NCBI GenBank assembly: GCA_965649825.1
Contig: OZ287695.1
Span: 1,221,081-1,285,080, forward strand
Direction of reading: 5' to 3'
Source of the DNA: Penicillus capitatus
Lineage: Eukaryota; Plantae; Chlorophyta
Length of the DNA stretch: 64,000 nucleotides
This document shows, piece by piece, positions 12,241 through 25,400 of this stretch. A program made the translations under genes and the position numbers. How positions within the stretch are numbered: the stretch's first letter is position 1; every line of letters begins with the position of its first letter. The notes under the pieces were generated by a model, which saw only the letters and a list, made by a program, of their open reading frames with translations, was not told where the DNA came from and made no database searches.

Positions 12241-14166
12241 CTAAATGTTAACACTGGCAGGAATCTCAGAAGGCAAAAGATAACGGTAAGCAAAAGAGCC
12301 ACGACTATTGTTGCGACGTTCGATGACAGTCTCGATCGCTTTAAGTTCCTGCCTAAAGGACGTCAAAGCGGGCTGCACTTTTTTCTCGAGCGTCCCACAG
12401 TATGGGAACTTGTTGGAATGGTATTCACCGAGGCGGCGATAGTACACGCTGCCGAGGAGATACACGGTGTTCAACTGTTCTACGGCGTTTGGGATGGGAG
12501 GCATCAATCCCAACCACTCCCGTTCAGTTGCCTGTTGGTCAGACGGAGGGAAGTTGCCCCACACTGCAGGGGCCATTGCAGGACAGAACGTCATGTCCTG
12601 GCCTTGTGGAAAGTTAATTGCAGCGTGCTGGGCAGACCCCACAAACATGATCATTGACAGAGTCTCTGACAGATGCTGCTTCGTCTTCGGCGCTTCGAAA
12701 TTCGTCAGATTCCCATTCGCCAGAAGATCTTGTGCCCAAGCTGCCAACTGAACATCTTTCTGCACGTCTTCATCTTTCTTGTAGTAGATTTCGACATAGT
12801 CTTCAGCCCAGTGCTGAATGGCATGCCAAATATCCAAGACATCGTCCCGATAAGGAAACATCTTGAGTTTGTTCACTCCGCGTGATGCGAGTTCTCTCTC
12901 CGGCATGTGACCCACGAAATCAAATGCCAGACGCGTGTGCGTCGCCAATTCCTGAAGCGAACGGAGGCGAGGTTCGTAATTGTTCGCAAAGCTCCCGTCG
13001 ATCGCACCGCCTGGAGCAATCAGATTGGTTGCGGCTCCGAAGTTAATGAGATGCGTTCCTTCGAAATGTGGCCTCAGCAGTCTGGACAATGGATGCTCTT
13101 CTTTCAAACAGCGCTCCGTCGCCACAGCGAAGGCTTCCATGACCAGATGTGTGTGTGCCAGATGCGCCACGAGTTCATGATGGATCATGTCGGCGGCTTG
13201 GACAGTCGTCTTCGCCATCTGCCAGCGGTAGCTGTCTGTGGTGTCAGCCATGATGATTTCGCTGTCCTTCTGATCCTGTCCCAGCTGAATGGCAACGGGC
13301 ATAATATGTTCTGTACCAGTCAATGGTTCCGCAAAGACAGCAATGGGATCTGGAACAAAGGAGCTGCCGAAGACGACGACAGGAATTGTCTTGGAAAGCT
13401 CATAGTAATCCACGACGCAGAGACGGCCTTCCTCTCCTGCTCTCTCGACACTATCTCCACTCGTCTTCAGGATGCTATTAAATTGCTGGTCTGTGATCCT
13501 ATCTCCGATACGATCGACCAATTCTGCCTTCGTCACAGATCGAATGACCATCGGATTGGGACCCGCCACTCGGAAACGGGCGAACGTCTCGTCGCTTTCG
13601 AAGGTCGCTTCCCATGCTGGAAGTGGAATCAAGCGAAAAATGTCTCTGTAATCTTGCAAGGTGTTGGGCTCTCTCTGAGCCGTTCGCGACGATGGTTGTT
13701 GCTCTTCTCTTTCTTTGGTGGCCTGTGCTTTTTTCTCTTGGAGCTCTCTGACGAAATCAATAATTTCTTCAAGCAGCTCTTCTGGATCGTCCACTTTGTC
13801 TTTCTTCTCATGGTGAAGAAGCTCGACTACGGTCTCTCCAATACACTCGATGCCGGAATGGATTGTACGATGATGGTCAATTGCTGCATGCAGACGCTTT
13901 TCAAATTCAGCCAACCTGACGGAAATGGGATGCGACTCTGGACTTTCCAGTTCTTTTTCAGTCAACATATTGTTCAGTAAGATCGTCGCCATCACTCTGG
14001 CGACCTGCAACACCCACACAGCCGTCGGCCACTGCCCCATGGTAAGCTCGTCTCCGAAGATAGGAACTCGTGCTGACAACGTATCCGCGTTACCCCATGT
14101 GGGCGACACGCTATCTTTGGCTTTGTCTTCATGACACGGCTGGTGAGCCGTGAGGATGCTGGTCAT
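12241..14166 (-). CDS. LOX: Lipoxygenase (non-heme iron, linoleate/arachidonate LOX), single exon, no PLAT domain
   Basis: 641-aa ORF with RVAGPNPM, WQMAK, the iron ligands HHELVAHLAHTH and QHAAINF, and C-terminal IPASVNI ending in Ile. Confidence 0.95.
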   Translation of the reverse strand: MTSILTAHQPCHEDKAKDSVSPTWGNADTLSARVPIFGDELTMGQWPTAVWVLQVARVMATILLNNMLTEKELESPESHPISVRLAEFEKRLHAAIDHHRTIHSGIECIGETVVELLHHEKKDKVDDPEELLEEIIDFVRELQEKKAQATKEREEQQPSSRTAQREPNTLQDYRDIFRLIPLPAWEATFESDETFARFRVAGPNPMVIRSVTKAELVDRIGDRITDQQFNSILKTSGDSVERAGEEGRLCVVDYYELSKTIPVVVFGSSFVPDPIAVFAEPLTGTEHIMPVAIQLGQDQKDSEIIMADTTDSYRWQMAKTTVQAADMIHHELVAHLAHTHLVMEAFAVATERCLKEEHPLSRLLRPHFEGTHLINFGAATNLIAPGGAIDGSFANNYEPRLRSLQELATHTRLAFDFVGHMPERELASRGVNKLKMFPYRDDVLDIWHAIQHWAEDYVEIYYKKDEDVQKDVQLAAWAQDLLANGNLTNFEAPKTKQHLSETLSMIMFVGSAQHAAINFPQGQDMTFCPAMAPAVWGNFPPSDQQATEREWLGLMPPIPNAVEQLNTVYLLGSVYYRRLGEYHSNKFPYCGTLEKKVQPALTSFRQELKAIETVIERRNNSRGSFAYRYLLPSEIPASVNI

Positions 14167-16357
14167 CTAGCAACACAGCCACGTTCATTTCAAACAGTCG
14201 GCCTGAAAACGCGTTCGTTCGTTGTGTCTGCCTCGCGGTTCCGTCGCGCCGTCGCATCGTCGCGCGTGGTAGCGTTCGCGTCGAACTTACGCTTTCCAGT
14301 TTGACGGCATGGACTCTTTGTTTGTCGGAAAAGGAACTGTGCGCACGAACTTTCGTGTCGACTGGTTTTACATTTCGTTTAAAACTTCGACCGGCAAAAG
14401 ACAAGTACGAATATTTGGAAGAGAGGGCGCCGTGTGTCAACATCTTTACCAGGCAAAGCAGTTTGGAAGAACGGGTTTAAATACTTTAGCTTTTTTTGCC
14501 TTTTCCGTTTTCGGCGCAACGCAGTTGCTGCTGTGCTGTACAACTCTTCTGCATGGCACCTTCTGCCACGCCTGCCACGCAACCGTCTGTCGAGGGTCAT
14601 TATCATCAACCCCTAAATTAGACGAAGGCAGAGGGAAATGGGAAAACCAAACAGTTCTGTGCTGAGTATCCATGTGATTATCTACGTATTTCTGCAGCGC
14701 TTCTTAGTGCCTTGGTTTAGCAGTAACCAAGAGTATTTCACGCTGAAAACTCAGAGTCGTTGTTGCCTCGTTAAACCTCATTGCAGTTCGATGTTTTCCC
14801 ATATTTTTCATTAAGGTAACGGTTTTTATCTATAACGGGCGCGATCTGCTATTTCTAATATAACCATGCCCTTTACAGCACCGACTTACTAGGCTTTGAA
14901 TCGCAGCAAACTGAACCACAGCAAGCTATGCTATGAAGTTGACAGCCGCAACAAATCTACTGGGCAAGACAGCACGCCGTGCTGTGAAGTGCACGAACAG
15001 CTACTGCAGCAAACCTACTTCCATTTCGCCCTCCCACAGCTACGTTGAAAACGGCAGGGCGGCAAGAGCATATCCTTGGCAGTAAGTCATTTCTGTTGGC
15101 AGAAACACCGAGGCCGACCACTGTTCGCCATCTCAATGGAGCATCACCTTATGCTAAGCTGCCTCCTGGAAGGATACTCACTTCATAGATTCTCCTTCAT
15201 GGACATCATCTGAGCAGTTAGCCATTGTCGTTCGATCAGAAGTTCATGAAACCGTGAGCAGGTCGATTGACGATTGATTCCTGATGACGTTCTAAAGCTC
15301 TATTCCAGCCATGACAGTCTCCTTGCCAAAGACCATCGCATGACTGTTCTTTTTTTGCCTAGCAGCTGTGCGTGATACTAACAGCAGATTGTTACGATTT
15401 TTGCGTAGGGATCTTCCCAACCTGCCTTCTTGTAGAGAGCAATCGTGAGACTCTTAGAAGGCTTTCCCCACAGCACATCGACCATTTGGGAATGGGATCA
15501 GTGTTTGGCTCATTTTCCTTGCATAGAGATTATGCCGCGGCAGAATACAAGCGATGAATTATCCGTGACGCGGAGTGAGAGTCTATTGTTCTGCACAATG
15601 CGTCACGGGCAGCCAAACAGTCGGATTGTGCAGTCGTCCACACAAATTCGTTGTCTGCTCAGTCGACGAATTCCATCAGTGTAAACGCATTCGTCGTTGA
15701 GCAGTGAATCAGAGGTTGCCGTACCTACCGCCTATCAACGGGACGTTCAGTAGGTTCTATCACTTTACACGAGTTTTGTTAGGACAGCATCGTCTTCCAT
15801 AACACACAAATCGGAAGTTCTGTACGATTGCTGGAGGATGGAGCTCTTTTGAATTCCACACGGCATACAAACTCAACTTGAATGGCCACGAAGATAACGA
15901 GAATAGAAAGCTATATGGATCGGTGCCATCATCGTCAATGGGTGGCACAGTTATAGTCTGCCGAACACACTTTTTTAAACGATCAAGTGACGGACATGGT
16001 AACATTAGACGCTGTAAGTTTCTAGATAAAATTTGGCACTGTGACATAGGTTGAAAAAGCAGGAATGCGATAGGTTCAGCTAGCGAAAGCGTAAAAGATG
16101 GCGGGAGACTTGTCAGTGATTAAGTACTAAAGGATAAACATCGACGATGCCGTCATTCTGCTTGTTCTTAGTTGTCTTGTTGACCCCCTTCCTAGTTCCA
16201 TCGACAACGTTTATTATAAGTAGCGACGTTAACAAGAGTAATTGACACTTGTCGTAAAGCAACGAATGTGTTTTCGTTGTCAAATCGTTGACAGTAGCCT
16301 GTCTTTCAGTATCGAATTGATCGATCGGTAAAACGATTTCACTTGATTGATTATTGT

Positions 16358-18453
16358 GATCGATCGCTGCTAGTCGAAATCGAATCGAATCGATCACTGA
16401 CAGTCAAAGCTGGATCGAACGATCTTTTCTTCAGTCGGCTTGGTCTTTTCCGAGAGACTGTTTGGAAGTGGTTTAAGTTATCTGGCTGACTACATCGAGT
16501 CGACGAATTCGATTCCGATCTGAATGATTGTTATCGATCGACTTCGATTGAATCGCATCTTCGATTCGATAAGGTGTCCTCGATTGTTCAATTGTTTAGC
16601 AGGTTTTGATTGCACGCGATTTTGATCATCGTCGACTCAATGGCCGTCTGTTCATGTGAATTTCATCCATTCCGAAGACTGTTGGTATGACATGCAGAAA
16701 TAAAAGGATCGATGTTAGTTCCAATGGCGTAAAAGACAGAATCAACCGTCATCCAAACAATCACCCACTATGGTCGCAATCGATCAGAAGGTCTGGTGGT
16801 TTTTGATCACTGTGATGACAGATACCGCCGATTGTCATTTCGACTATTCGCGTAATAGTCGTTCTTTCAGATCCGGTGGATATGTTAGAGACGATGGACA
16901 GAGACAGACTCAATTTTTTCATAATATCTGTCGTTCTGTTGCCTGCGTTGCGACAAGATCTATCAAGTCTCACAATTTTCACAGAGTTTTTAAAGACCCA
17001 ACTTCTTTAATATTCTTTCGCAGCTTCGTTTTTGCAGATCGGAAGCAATCCGTAAAAAATTGAGGGAAATCATTGCAAGACAGATTTCAATAATGTGCTT
17101 TATGTTGAGGGTCTGCAGAGAAAAACTTAGAGCGTCGTCGATCGGTAATCGTCGAAAGTATTCGTCGAACTCATCAGTCATAATGTTTGATATGATCAAT
17201 CGTAAAGATCGATCGATTCAATCGCAAGTCTTACAAAAGAGTTCGCTGTGTGTAAATGAAACGTAATAAAACAGCCGCATGTGAACAATAAGTACTTGAC
17301 AACAAACAATAAATCAGATACGCTGTGTGATGATCGATTGCTCGTTTCGGTTGAACTAATCGAGTAGTATTGGCTGCAAAAGTGATCTGCATGGCCTTTC
17401 AGAAGAAAACCAAGCGATCGAGAATGGCGGTTCTTTCTCATGAGAAGGCGCACCCAGAGAGGTGTCAATTGGCAAAGGTCATCCGTGGCGTACAAAACAC
17501 GGAAGAGAAAACTGGATTGACCGAAATTGCATCTGGAAACAAATTGTTTGCGAGTTTGAGAATAATGATTTTTCAATCACTTTCCTACAGATGAAATCAT
17601 CACAGCATGAAGCACCGTCGGACGCGCAGATTGCATCGATTGACATTTTCCAACACGTTTAAATTCGTTCGTGTTGTTAGAGTCGGCCTGACGGCCGAGT
17701 CCTGACCGCATAGCGAGTCGCGCAGGGAACTCCGTCAGCAATGTATAATTAAACACTTAGATGGATAGAGCAGAACAGTTCCCGCATAAGTATTCAAAAT
17801 GACGTCAGTCTCTCTCATGCCAACGTCGTGCATGATAAGCCTCTCGCGCACCGAACGTCACACGTGTGCCCGAATACCTACGTGATCAGGCTCGATGATG
17901 ATCACCTTTTGATAGACGTAGGATCGTTGGTGTTTAAACTTCGATTCAATCTTCAAGTTTTTTATGATCGATTAGTTAGAAGGTTGCAACACGGTATTTG
18001 TCAATACGGAATCGAATGTTCGATTTTCGAGGAATATTAAATCACACTCAAGATGGCAATGGTTGTCGTGTCGTTGACTTGATTATTGACAGACTGAATA
18101 CATAGAGCCCGCTCGTCAAATTGCTTACTGTTCGGCAAAATCGAATACTTACATTCGACGACTGTCGACGTCTTTCATTCTATCGTAAGTAATTACATGG
18201 ATTTTGCATTGATCTCTGTTGTCGTTGTGTCAAACTCATTAGCCCTATCTTATAATATTCGTCGATGCGACACCAAAATCAATCAATTCTATGAATTCAC
18301 GAACTTCAAATATCGCACTGTAGACGACCACGTTTCTTGCCTTCTGAATCCATCACGCGACAAGAATAATCAACTACGATTTGCTGGCGGCTTACCTGAT
18401 CAGTTTCTGCAGGCGTCTTGAATCAATCAAATTCCGACTGGCACCGATCGATC
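16358..18453. repeat. Imperfect 34-nt inverted repeat pair (16358-16391 and 18420-18453)
   Basis: The left copy gatcgatcgctgctagtcgaaatcgaatcgaatc matches the reverse complement of the right copy at 26/34 positions. The sequence is low-complexity and TCGA-rich. Confidence 0.35.
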
Positions 18454-19490
18454 GATTCGAAAGTCGAAGGAAAATCAACATCGGAAGTTTAGAGCCGACG
18501 AACACACTTATTCAGCGTCAAATGTGTGTGATTCTTATTGACATCGTCACTTTGCGGAAAAGTGTGACAAATGGATTTCTTGATGTCGTCCAGATGATTG
18601 TGTGTGTACATCGGTTACTTCTCATGCGTTTACAAGGCTTGACTACACAAGAAATACTGTCTTAACTAAAATCATGCTATTGTTTGAGAAATCTCCAAAG
18701 CTCTCGCACAAAGAAGATGTGTTAACTGAAAGTCAACTTATCCACGTCTTTCCGTTTTCAATGCAACGATTTCTCTCATTCAACTGCATGAAACGTTTCC
18801 CTGTTTATCACAGATAACGATAATGCGACAAGAATCAAAGCATTCTATGCCTGTGAATCCGAGCTCGACAACGAGCAGGACAGAGAAGGCACGTTTCCAA
18901 GCGACGCTTACACATTAAACACAACGAAGTAAATGTCGCGACCGATTCGACCGTTGTGCCGAATGAAAGACGACGACATCGAAGTTGCTGTTCTGGTCCC
19001 GTCGACGCTAGGTCCTCCGACGCAGAGTAAGGTCTGACAGCCTTCTCAGCCGCACATGCCGAATTTTTACGAGCGTGTTCGCAACAGGGAAAACAAATTG
19101 AAATTCCACTACGGGTCGAATCCATCCCGTCATACACAGTACGACCGGTCCTCTGCTCGGCTGCTTCTACGTCAGAGAAATGGATTCAGGGTGACCATTT
19201 CACAGACATCAGAAGACAGTCGTGGGGTATGCAGACGGATTCTGGTTCAGCGTAGCTTACCCGTCTACGGAATATTCGCATGGAAGGTGTCAGTCATTTC
19301 AGGGAAGCTCGAAAAATGCGTGAAGAACCACACTGATCCATCGTTCGCGGCGAACACAGCCAATAAAATGAATGATATCAGTGCGGTCATCACTCCCTGG
19401 AAAAGAGCAATTAGTTGTTTGCAGTTAGACAACACAGCTGGCGAATATTCTGCAGATTATAAAAACGCGACTTCGCGTGTTGGCTAAAAG

Positions 19491-22400
19491 ATGCATTTCT
19501 CACTCGTCTTTCTTCTTTGTCTGTTCGCCCACGAAGCCCACTCCACAGAACAATCTGCGGCGTGCCGAAAATGGCACTCTGCGCATGCAGAAGACATCTA
19601 TCGCCTGCCTCGAAAAGGCACCCGCCACTTTTGTTGCCGGCGACTGTTTCCACATGCTGCAGAATTGAACGCGACAGGCATGAACGAGACAGAAGACAGG
19701 CGTAGACTGATGTTTGAAAATGCAACATCGTCTTTCTCCTTCTACCGAACCGTACGCATCGCGGCTCTCTTCATCTGTACGGAAGTCGCTGACTTGTACT
19801 GCGAACAGGGGAGAGTGGAGAGACGTTCTTTGCTTCAGTCGACGGACTCGAACACTGCGACAAAGACAGGTTCGTCTCGTCTTTCTGACGGGTCCGAGGG
19901 ACACCATTGCGACGGTACAGGAGAGGGATGTTCGCTGAGGCGAGGACAGGTCGACCGTTTCGTCGACGATGAGACTGGAGTGTGGCTGGTGACCGACGCC
20001 GTCCTCGACGAGATCAATAGCGACATCCAAAGAATAATCGACTGTACGAATGCAGGGGACACGCTCCTCTTCGACGTTACGAAGACGATCAAGCCGTCAG
20101 CACCCATCATCGTCTCCCGACCGCTGACGTTGAGCGCGTACGTGGAGAACCCGAAGCTCGAGGGCGGTGCGTTTCCTCGAGCGGCCGATCGGACAGCGTT
20201 CACCTGTCCGCGGGAGAATGAAGGTCTTCTCTCTATCAGGTGGTCTGCCCCCGACTCGTCTCCTGTTCATTCTGGACCTGTCGCGCAGGACCGGCAACGT
20301 GACTCTGGCGAATATCGACGTCGACGGATGCTCATTCGACAACTCCAACGGGACTCGCGCCATCGTCGACGTCGAGTGTGGTCACGAAGATGCGAAAGGC
20401 GCTGTTCGATTCGATCACTTGGGGTTCAGCCACAACAGACTCCTCGGATCCGTCGCCATAAGAGCGAATTCCGGGCACTGCTCTGTCTTGAGGATCAGAA
20501 GTTTCTCTTTCCGCCACAACACCTGCGGTGGGCTGTGCGGTGCACTCTTGTCCGAAGATAACTCGCTCCACGGACTCACTGTCGTGAAGAACCAAGCGGC
20601 AAAACAATCGGCACATAACCCTGTCATGTTTCGAATGCCTCCTGGATCCAGAACTCATGCAAGCCAGATTCATGCAGCGAAGAATCCTTTTTCGCTTTTT
20701 GAAGTCGTCGAAGGACGTTTGAACTTATCAGATTCGACATTTTCGGGAGCTTCTGGCCGCGAAGCAGGAGACAATGCCGATTCCTGCATGAAACTCACAG
20801 ATGCAAACGTGTCTATTAAAGAATGCGATTTTCAAAGGAATGGAGGCGATGATGGTGCGGCAATCAAAGCCACTGGATCGAGAATCATTGTTGCAAAGAG
20901 CACATTCGAAAAGAACATTGCGCGCAAGAGAGGGATTCTTTCTGTCAGGGATGGAGGATCTCTCGAAATCCACTCATGCCACTTCATATCAAATCGAGCA
21001 GGAGAATCTGGGGGTGCCATTGATGCTAGGAAGACACACATCGTTATCACGAAATCGACCTTCAGGAACAACGAAGCTGGTTTGGTGGCCAGTGCTCGAC
21101 GTCCTTCTAGTGGACAACACCTCATCGAGAGAGATGCAAGGGAAGAGACTTCTCCGTCCTCGTCATATGGAGGGGCTGCGTATTTCGATCGTGTGACAGG
21201 AGAGATCGAAGACTGCGAGTTTCAATCAAACAAGGCTCGCAATGATGGCGGTGGCATTTACGTCGAAGAATCGACGATGGACATTGTCGGAGGAAATGTT
21301 GATAATAACCGTGCTTCCAACGGTGGTGGCGTTTATGTACGACGCTCAAGAGTTGTCATAAGCGAAGGAGACTTTAAGGGAAACAATGCGTCTGAAGAAG
21401 GTGGAGGCATCAAGGTATATGAAGGCTCCGATGTTACTATAAAGCAAACGTCTTTCAAAGCAAACAGAGCCGGAGATGAAGGAGGAGGCATCATAGCAGG
21501 CAAGTCGTATGTTCGTGTGATGGGTGCCACCTTTGAAGGAAACATTGCCAAAGACGAAGGCGGTCGAATCTCTGCAGACTTCGGCACCGAACTTCACGTG
21601 CACCAATCGTTGTTCAAAAAGAATCACGCAGGAGATGGTGGAGCCGTTGAGCATGGCGAGAAAAGCGCAGGATACTTCAGCAGTGTGACTTTTGAAGAGA
21701 ACACCGCGTTAGGCTACGGGGGCTCGGTGGCTGCAGAGTACGCAAAACTGAGCTTTATCGATTCGGCGTTCAGGAATGGAGCAGCTGGTTTGGGAGGCAG
21801 CTTCATCTCTCTGTCCGAAAACTGCGATGTACACATCGAGAGCACATCCATGACCCGCGGCAGTGCTAAAAGAGGAGGGGCAATTGATGTCCTCACTTCC
21901 GTACTGAAAGCAAGGGGTCTGGATGTCTCAAATTGTTCAGCAGAGACACATGGCGGTGCACTGATGTCGACATACTCGGCAATCGTATGTGTCGACTGCT
22001 CCTTGCAGAAGAACTCGGCGAGAGAGACTGGTGGTGGCATTTCATTCGAAGCGGGCGAGAAGGACAAGAATCTGGTGCTCCAACTGGAAGGGACTTCAGT
22101 CTCGCGCAACACGGCCAAGGTCGGAGGTGAGTTCTCTCTTCAATGGCAGCAAGTCGGCGATCGATGTATCATCTCCCTCTAGGCGGTCTGCGTTTCGTGA
22201 ATCCCTTCGTTTCCACAGAGTGTCTGGAGTACGGCGAGGGTTGCATCTTCGCAGCGATCATTAACACTCGATTCGAAGATAACAACGCAACTTCGGCTGG
22301 AGGGGCAATTTTTGCTCACTATCTCGAAGCCATCCGTTTCCGTTGCTCGGCAATGCAGAAAGACTCGAATCTGGAGTTTTTCGATGAAGAAGACATCCAG

Positions 22401-25400
22401 TCTTTGGATAATCTGACATCTCAAGAACAGTTCTGCGATACATGGGAGAAGAACGAAGCTGCTGAGTATGGTCCTGTTATCGGATCATATCCTACGAAAG
22501 TGAACTTTACGATCGATCACGCGAAGCACGTAGAGATGGACAGTGAACATGAGTACATCATCAAGAGATATCGCGCCGGCGAAGACCTTCCAGAATAATA
22601 ATAATAATAAATTTGGTGCTTCTTACATCCCCTTTTCAAGTTAAACATCAGAGGAGAGGGCTTAATCAATGTTCAGACAAAGCAGAGCGAACCCAAATCA
22701 GAAGCATGCATGAAATGAGATGTGGATCAGGGAACTCCTTGAGGGACCCTGGGAGACCGTGTAAATGAGCGGATTGGTAGAACCATGTAGTCCAGCGTCG
22801 CGAACGCCGACTTGGGGTCCTTCAGTATCTCGAAGAGAGTCTTCGACACGAAGACTTTCAGGTTTCTGCTCGGTGTCCATTCGGGAAGGGGCTGTCCTGA
22901 GGCATCGCGCTTCCGGCGATTCAAACGGTGTGGGGCGGCAAAGTGCGATTCTTCGAGTTCAGTTGCCGGTATCTTCCAGCGGGTTGTGTTCTGTTCTGCA
23001 ATGGCGGTGATGGCTGCTTCTGGATCAATGTCTGTGTCGACGTTGCTGATGACGACGGGGACTTTGTCTTTTGTGGGCGAGAGGTACGGGTTGTTCACTG
23101 CGAACGTACCGATCTCTGGCAGCTCGAGATCCCAGGCGTCTCCTGAACATTCCAAGCAGCGATCCAATGACTTCTCGAAGGACTCACGCCACTCGGCACG
23201 GATTTGCACGTAGAAACGGCCTCCGTGATCGGTGCGGATGTCTTCAACGTGTTCCTTCAGGTTCTTGATTTGGAGCTTTCGCTCCAGACTGATTCCGAGC
23301 TGGCGGAAGGACGGTCGCTCTCCCTTCAGCTTAACTGGGCAGAACTGAAAGCTGCGCTCATCACAGCGGATCTGGGCTTTGAGCTCTTGGGTTTTCTTCC
23401 GAAGCTCTCTGGTCTGGGCGTTTCGTTGCTTCTGTGCAGGAGTCTGTGTGGTCGGGGCCTTTCGTGCGGCGTCCCGGTACGATCTGGGAGCAGCACTGCC
23501 AGGATCTGTCGCTGCCGGGTCCTTTGCCGTGGGGGCGGGGGACGTGGGGTGAGCGGCGGGCGATGTCCAATCCGTGATGCTGTGGTAGAACAGCATGCAG
23601 TTCTGGACCTCCTGTAACCTGGAGATGGCCTGGATAGTCGGCTTCTCAAGGGCTTCGAGCTCGAGCGTCTCTATGATGTACTCGAAATGTCCGACGGAGG
23701 CGCGGATGTCATCTGAGCATGCTCGGAGGAGTTGGCTCGGCGGAACGGAGTGGCGGGTGCGGCAGAGAGCAGACGTGTGCGATTCTCCCGATCGTGGCAG
23801 TTCTGGGGCTTCGGGCGCCAGAAGGAGCTGGTTGCGCATGTTCTCGAGTCTGTTCACTAACGTCAGCTGGGCTGTGTCTTTAGCTTCGTGAGCTGCCAGG
23901 TAGTCCCGGATCTTCGAGATGAGCGTGGCGGGTTCCACGGTCGCAGCGATGTGCGTGGGGCAGGCCAGGAGGGCGGTGTTCACGAGGATTAGCTCCTTCT
24001 TGCTCATCGCCTCGAGCACCTCGGGGGTCCGGCGCAGATCGCGACGGTACCGGACCGTGTGGGCCGCTTGAGCCACCGCCGTGCGCACTGGGTCGGGGGC
24101 GGTGTCAGGACCTACGGACGTCGAACCGGAGGGCAGCATCGTACGTAAAGCGCGCGTTCGGGCACCGTCGTTCGGCAAGGGTTTTTAACGAAGCAGAACG
24201 AAAGTGTCGTACAGAGAATATATGAAGACCTTCCAGAAATGACTCTGCAGTTCATCGACGGTCTCGACCAGGTCACTTCTGTTGATTATTCCCCTAATAC
24301 CACAGCAATGGCACCACATGTCGAGTTCACCTTGGCCAATACCTCACCGCAAGTGCATGAACACAATATTACTTTCTCAAACATGGTTGGAACTGGAACC
24401 CCGGGCACTTACGAGTTAATGATCGTGTTCGAAAGTGAAGTCATCGAGAATTTAACAGTCGTTATCGAGGTACGGGAATGCATCATTGGAGAAGTGATCG
24501 ATCCTGGCACGGAGATGTGCAAAAACTGCAGCTACACAGGGTACAGTTTCAATCCCGAAGAAGACAGATGTCGGCCGTGTCCTGCAAACGGCATCTGCGA
24601 AACGAGGGTGATCGTGCCAGATGAAGGATACTGGCAGAGCAACCCATGCTCTACACACATCAAAAAATGTCTGGCGGCGCACGCCTGCACGTCTGAGAAT
24701 CGTTCTGGCGCACTGCATAACAAAACGGATGACATGGAGAGTTGTGACATGAGCCATAACGATGTACTGGAGTACAGACGAATGCAATGTGCCGAGGCAA
24801 GGCATCCCGTCCACAGACGTTGAGATAATAAGTCATTTCTTCTGTTCCCAGGGACATTCTGGTCCATTGTGTGGATCCTGCGACACTGGATATGGAAGTC
24901 TTTTCTCTTCGAGATGCAAGAAGTGTCCAGTTGACTTTGTCAGCATCTTTATGATAGGCATCTCCGTTGTGATTGTCTCTGGCTTGACAGCCATCACGAT
25001 ACAAGGGACATTGAGCACTGTTAACCACAGACGGGCAGTGCTTTCTGGTCGTGGAAGACGTTCTTTGTCCAACATCTCTACCCATTCAGCACCAGATAGC
25101 GCGGAAGACATAGAAACGCAAGGCGGTCTTCAAAGAGAACAAAATAAAACGCCATCTGAGCAGATGGATGGAGTGCCTACCAGTGAAAGAATGCTCGCTA
25201 AGTGGAAGGGCATTGAGATGCTCAAGGTATGAAACAATGAAGTCTGCTGTCTCTTCATTTCTGGCAATGGCAGATCCTGTTGAACTACATCCAGATCACT
25301 GTTTTGATCTTTTCGGTGAACGTCGGATGGGCGTTCTCTATTCGTGTCATGGCACACGTGGGAGGTGAGCCATCCCGGTGGCAATGTCATCTGAAGACTG

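Noticed and set aside
12907-13980. 357-aa plus-strand ORF; likewise 2704-3423 (-), 25130-26098 (-) and 61825-62463 (+)
   Set aside because: These are antisense shadows of real genes, caused by codon bias.
16990-17199. Minus-strand fragment (EFDEYFRRLPIDDAL...SCERI) loosely resembling a hAT dimerisation domain or an F-box
   Set aside because: The resemblance is too weak and ambiguous between two unrelated families, and the neighbouring frames are full of stops.
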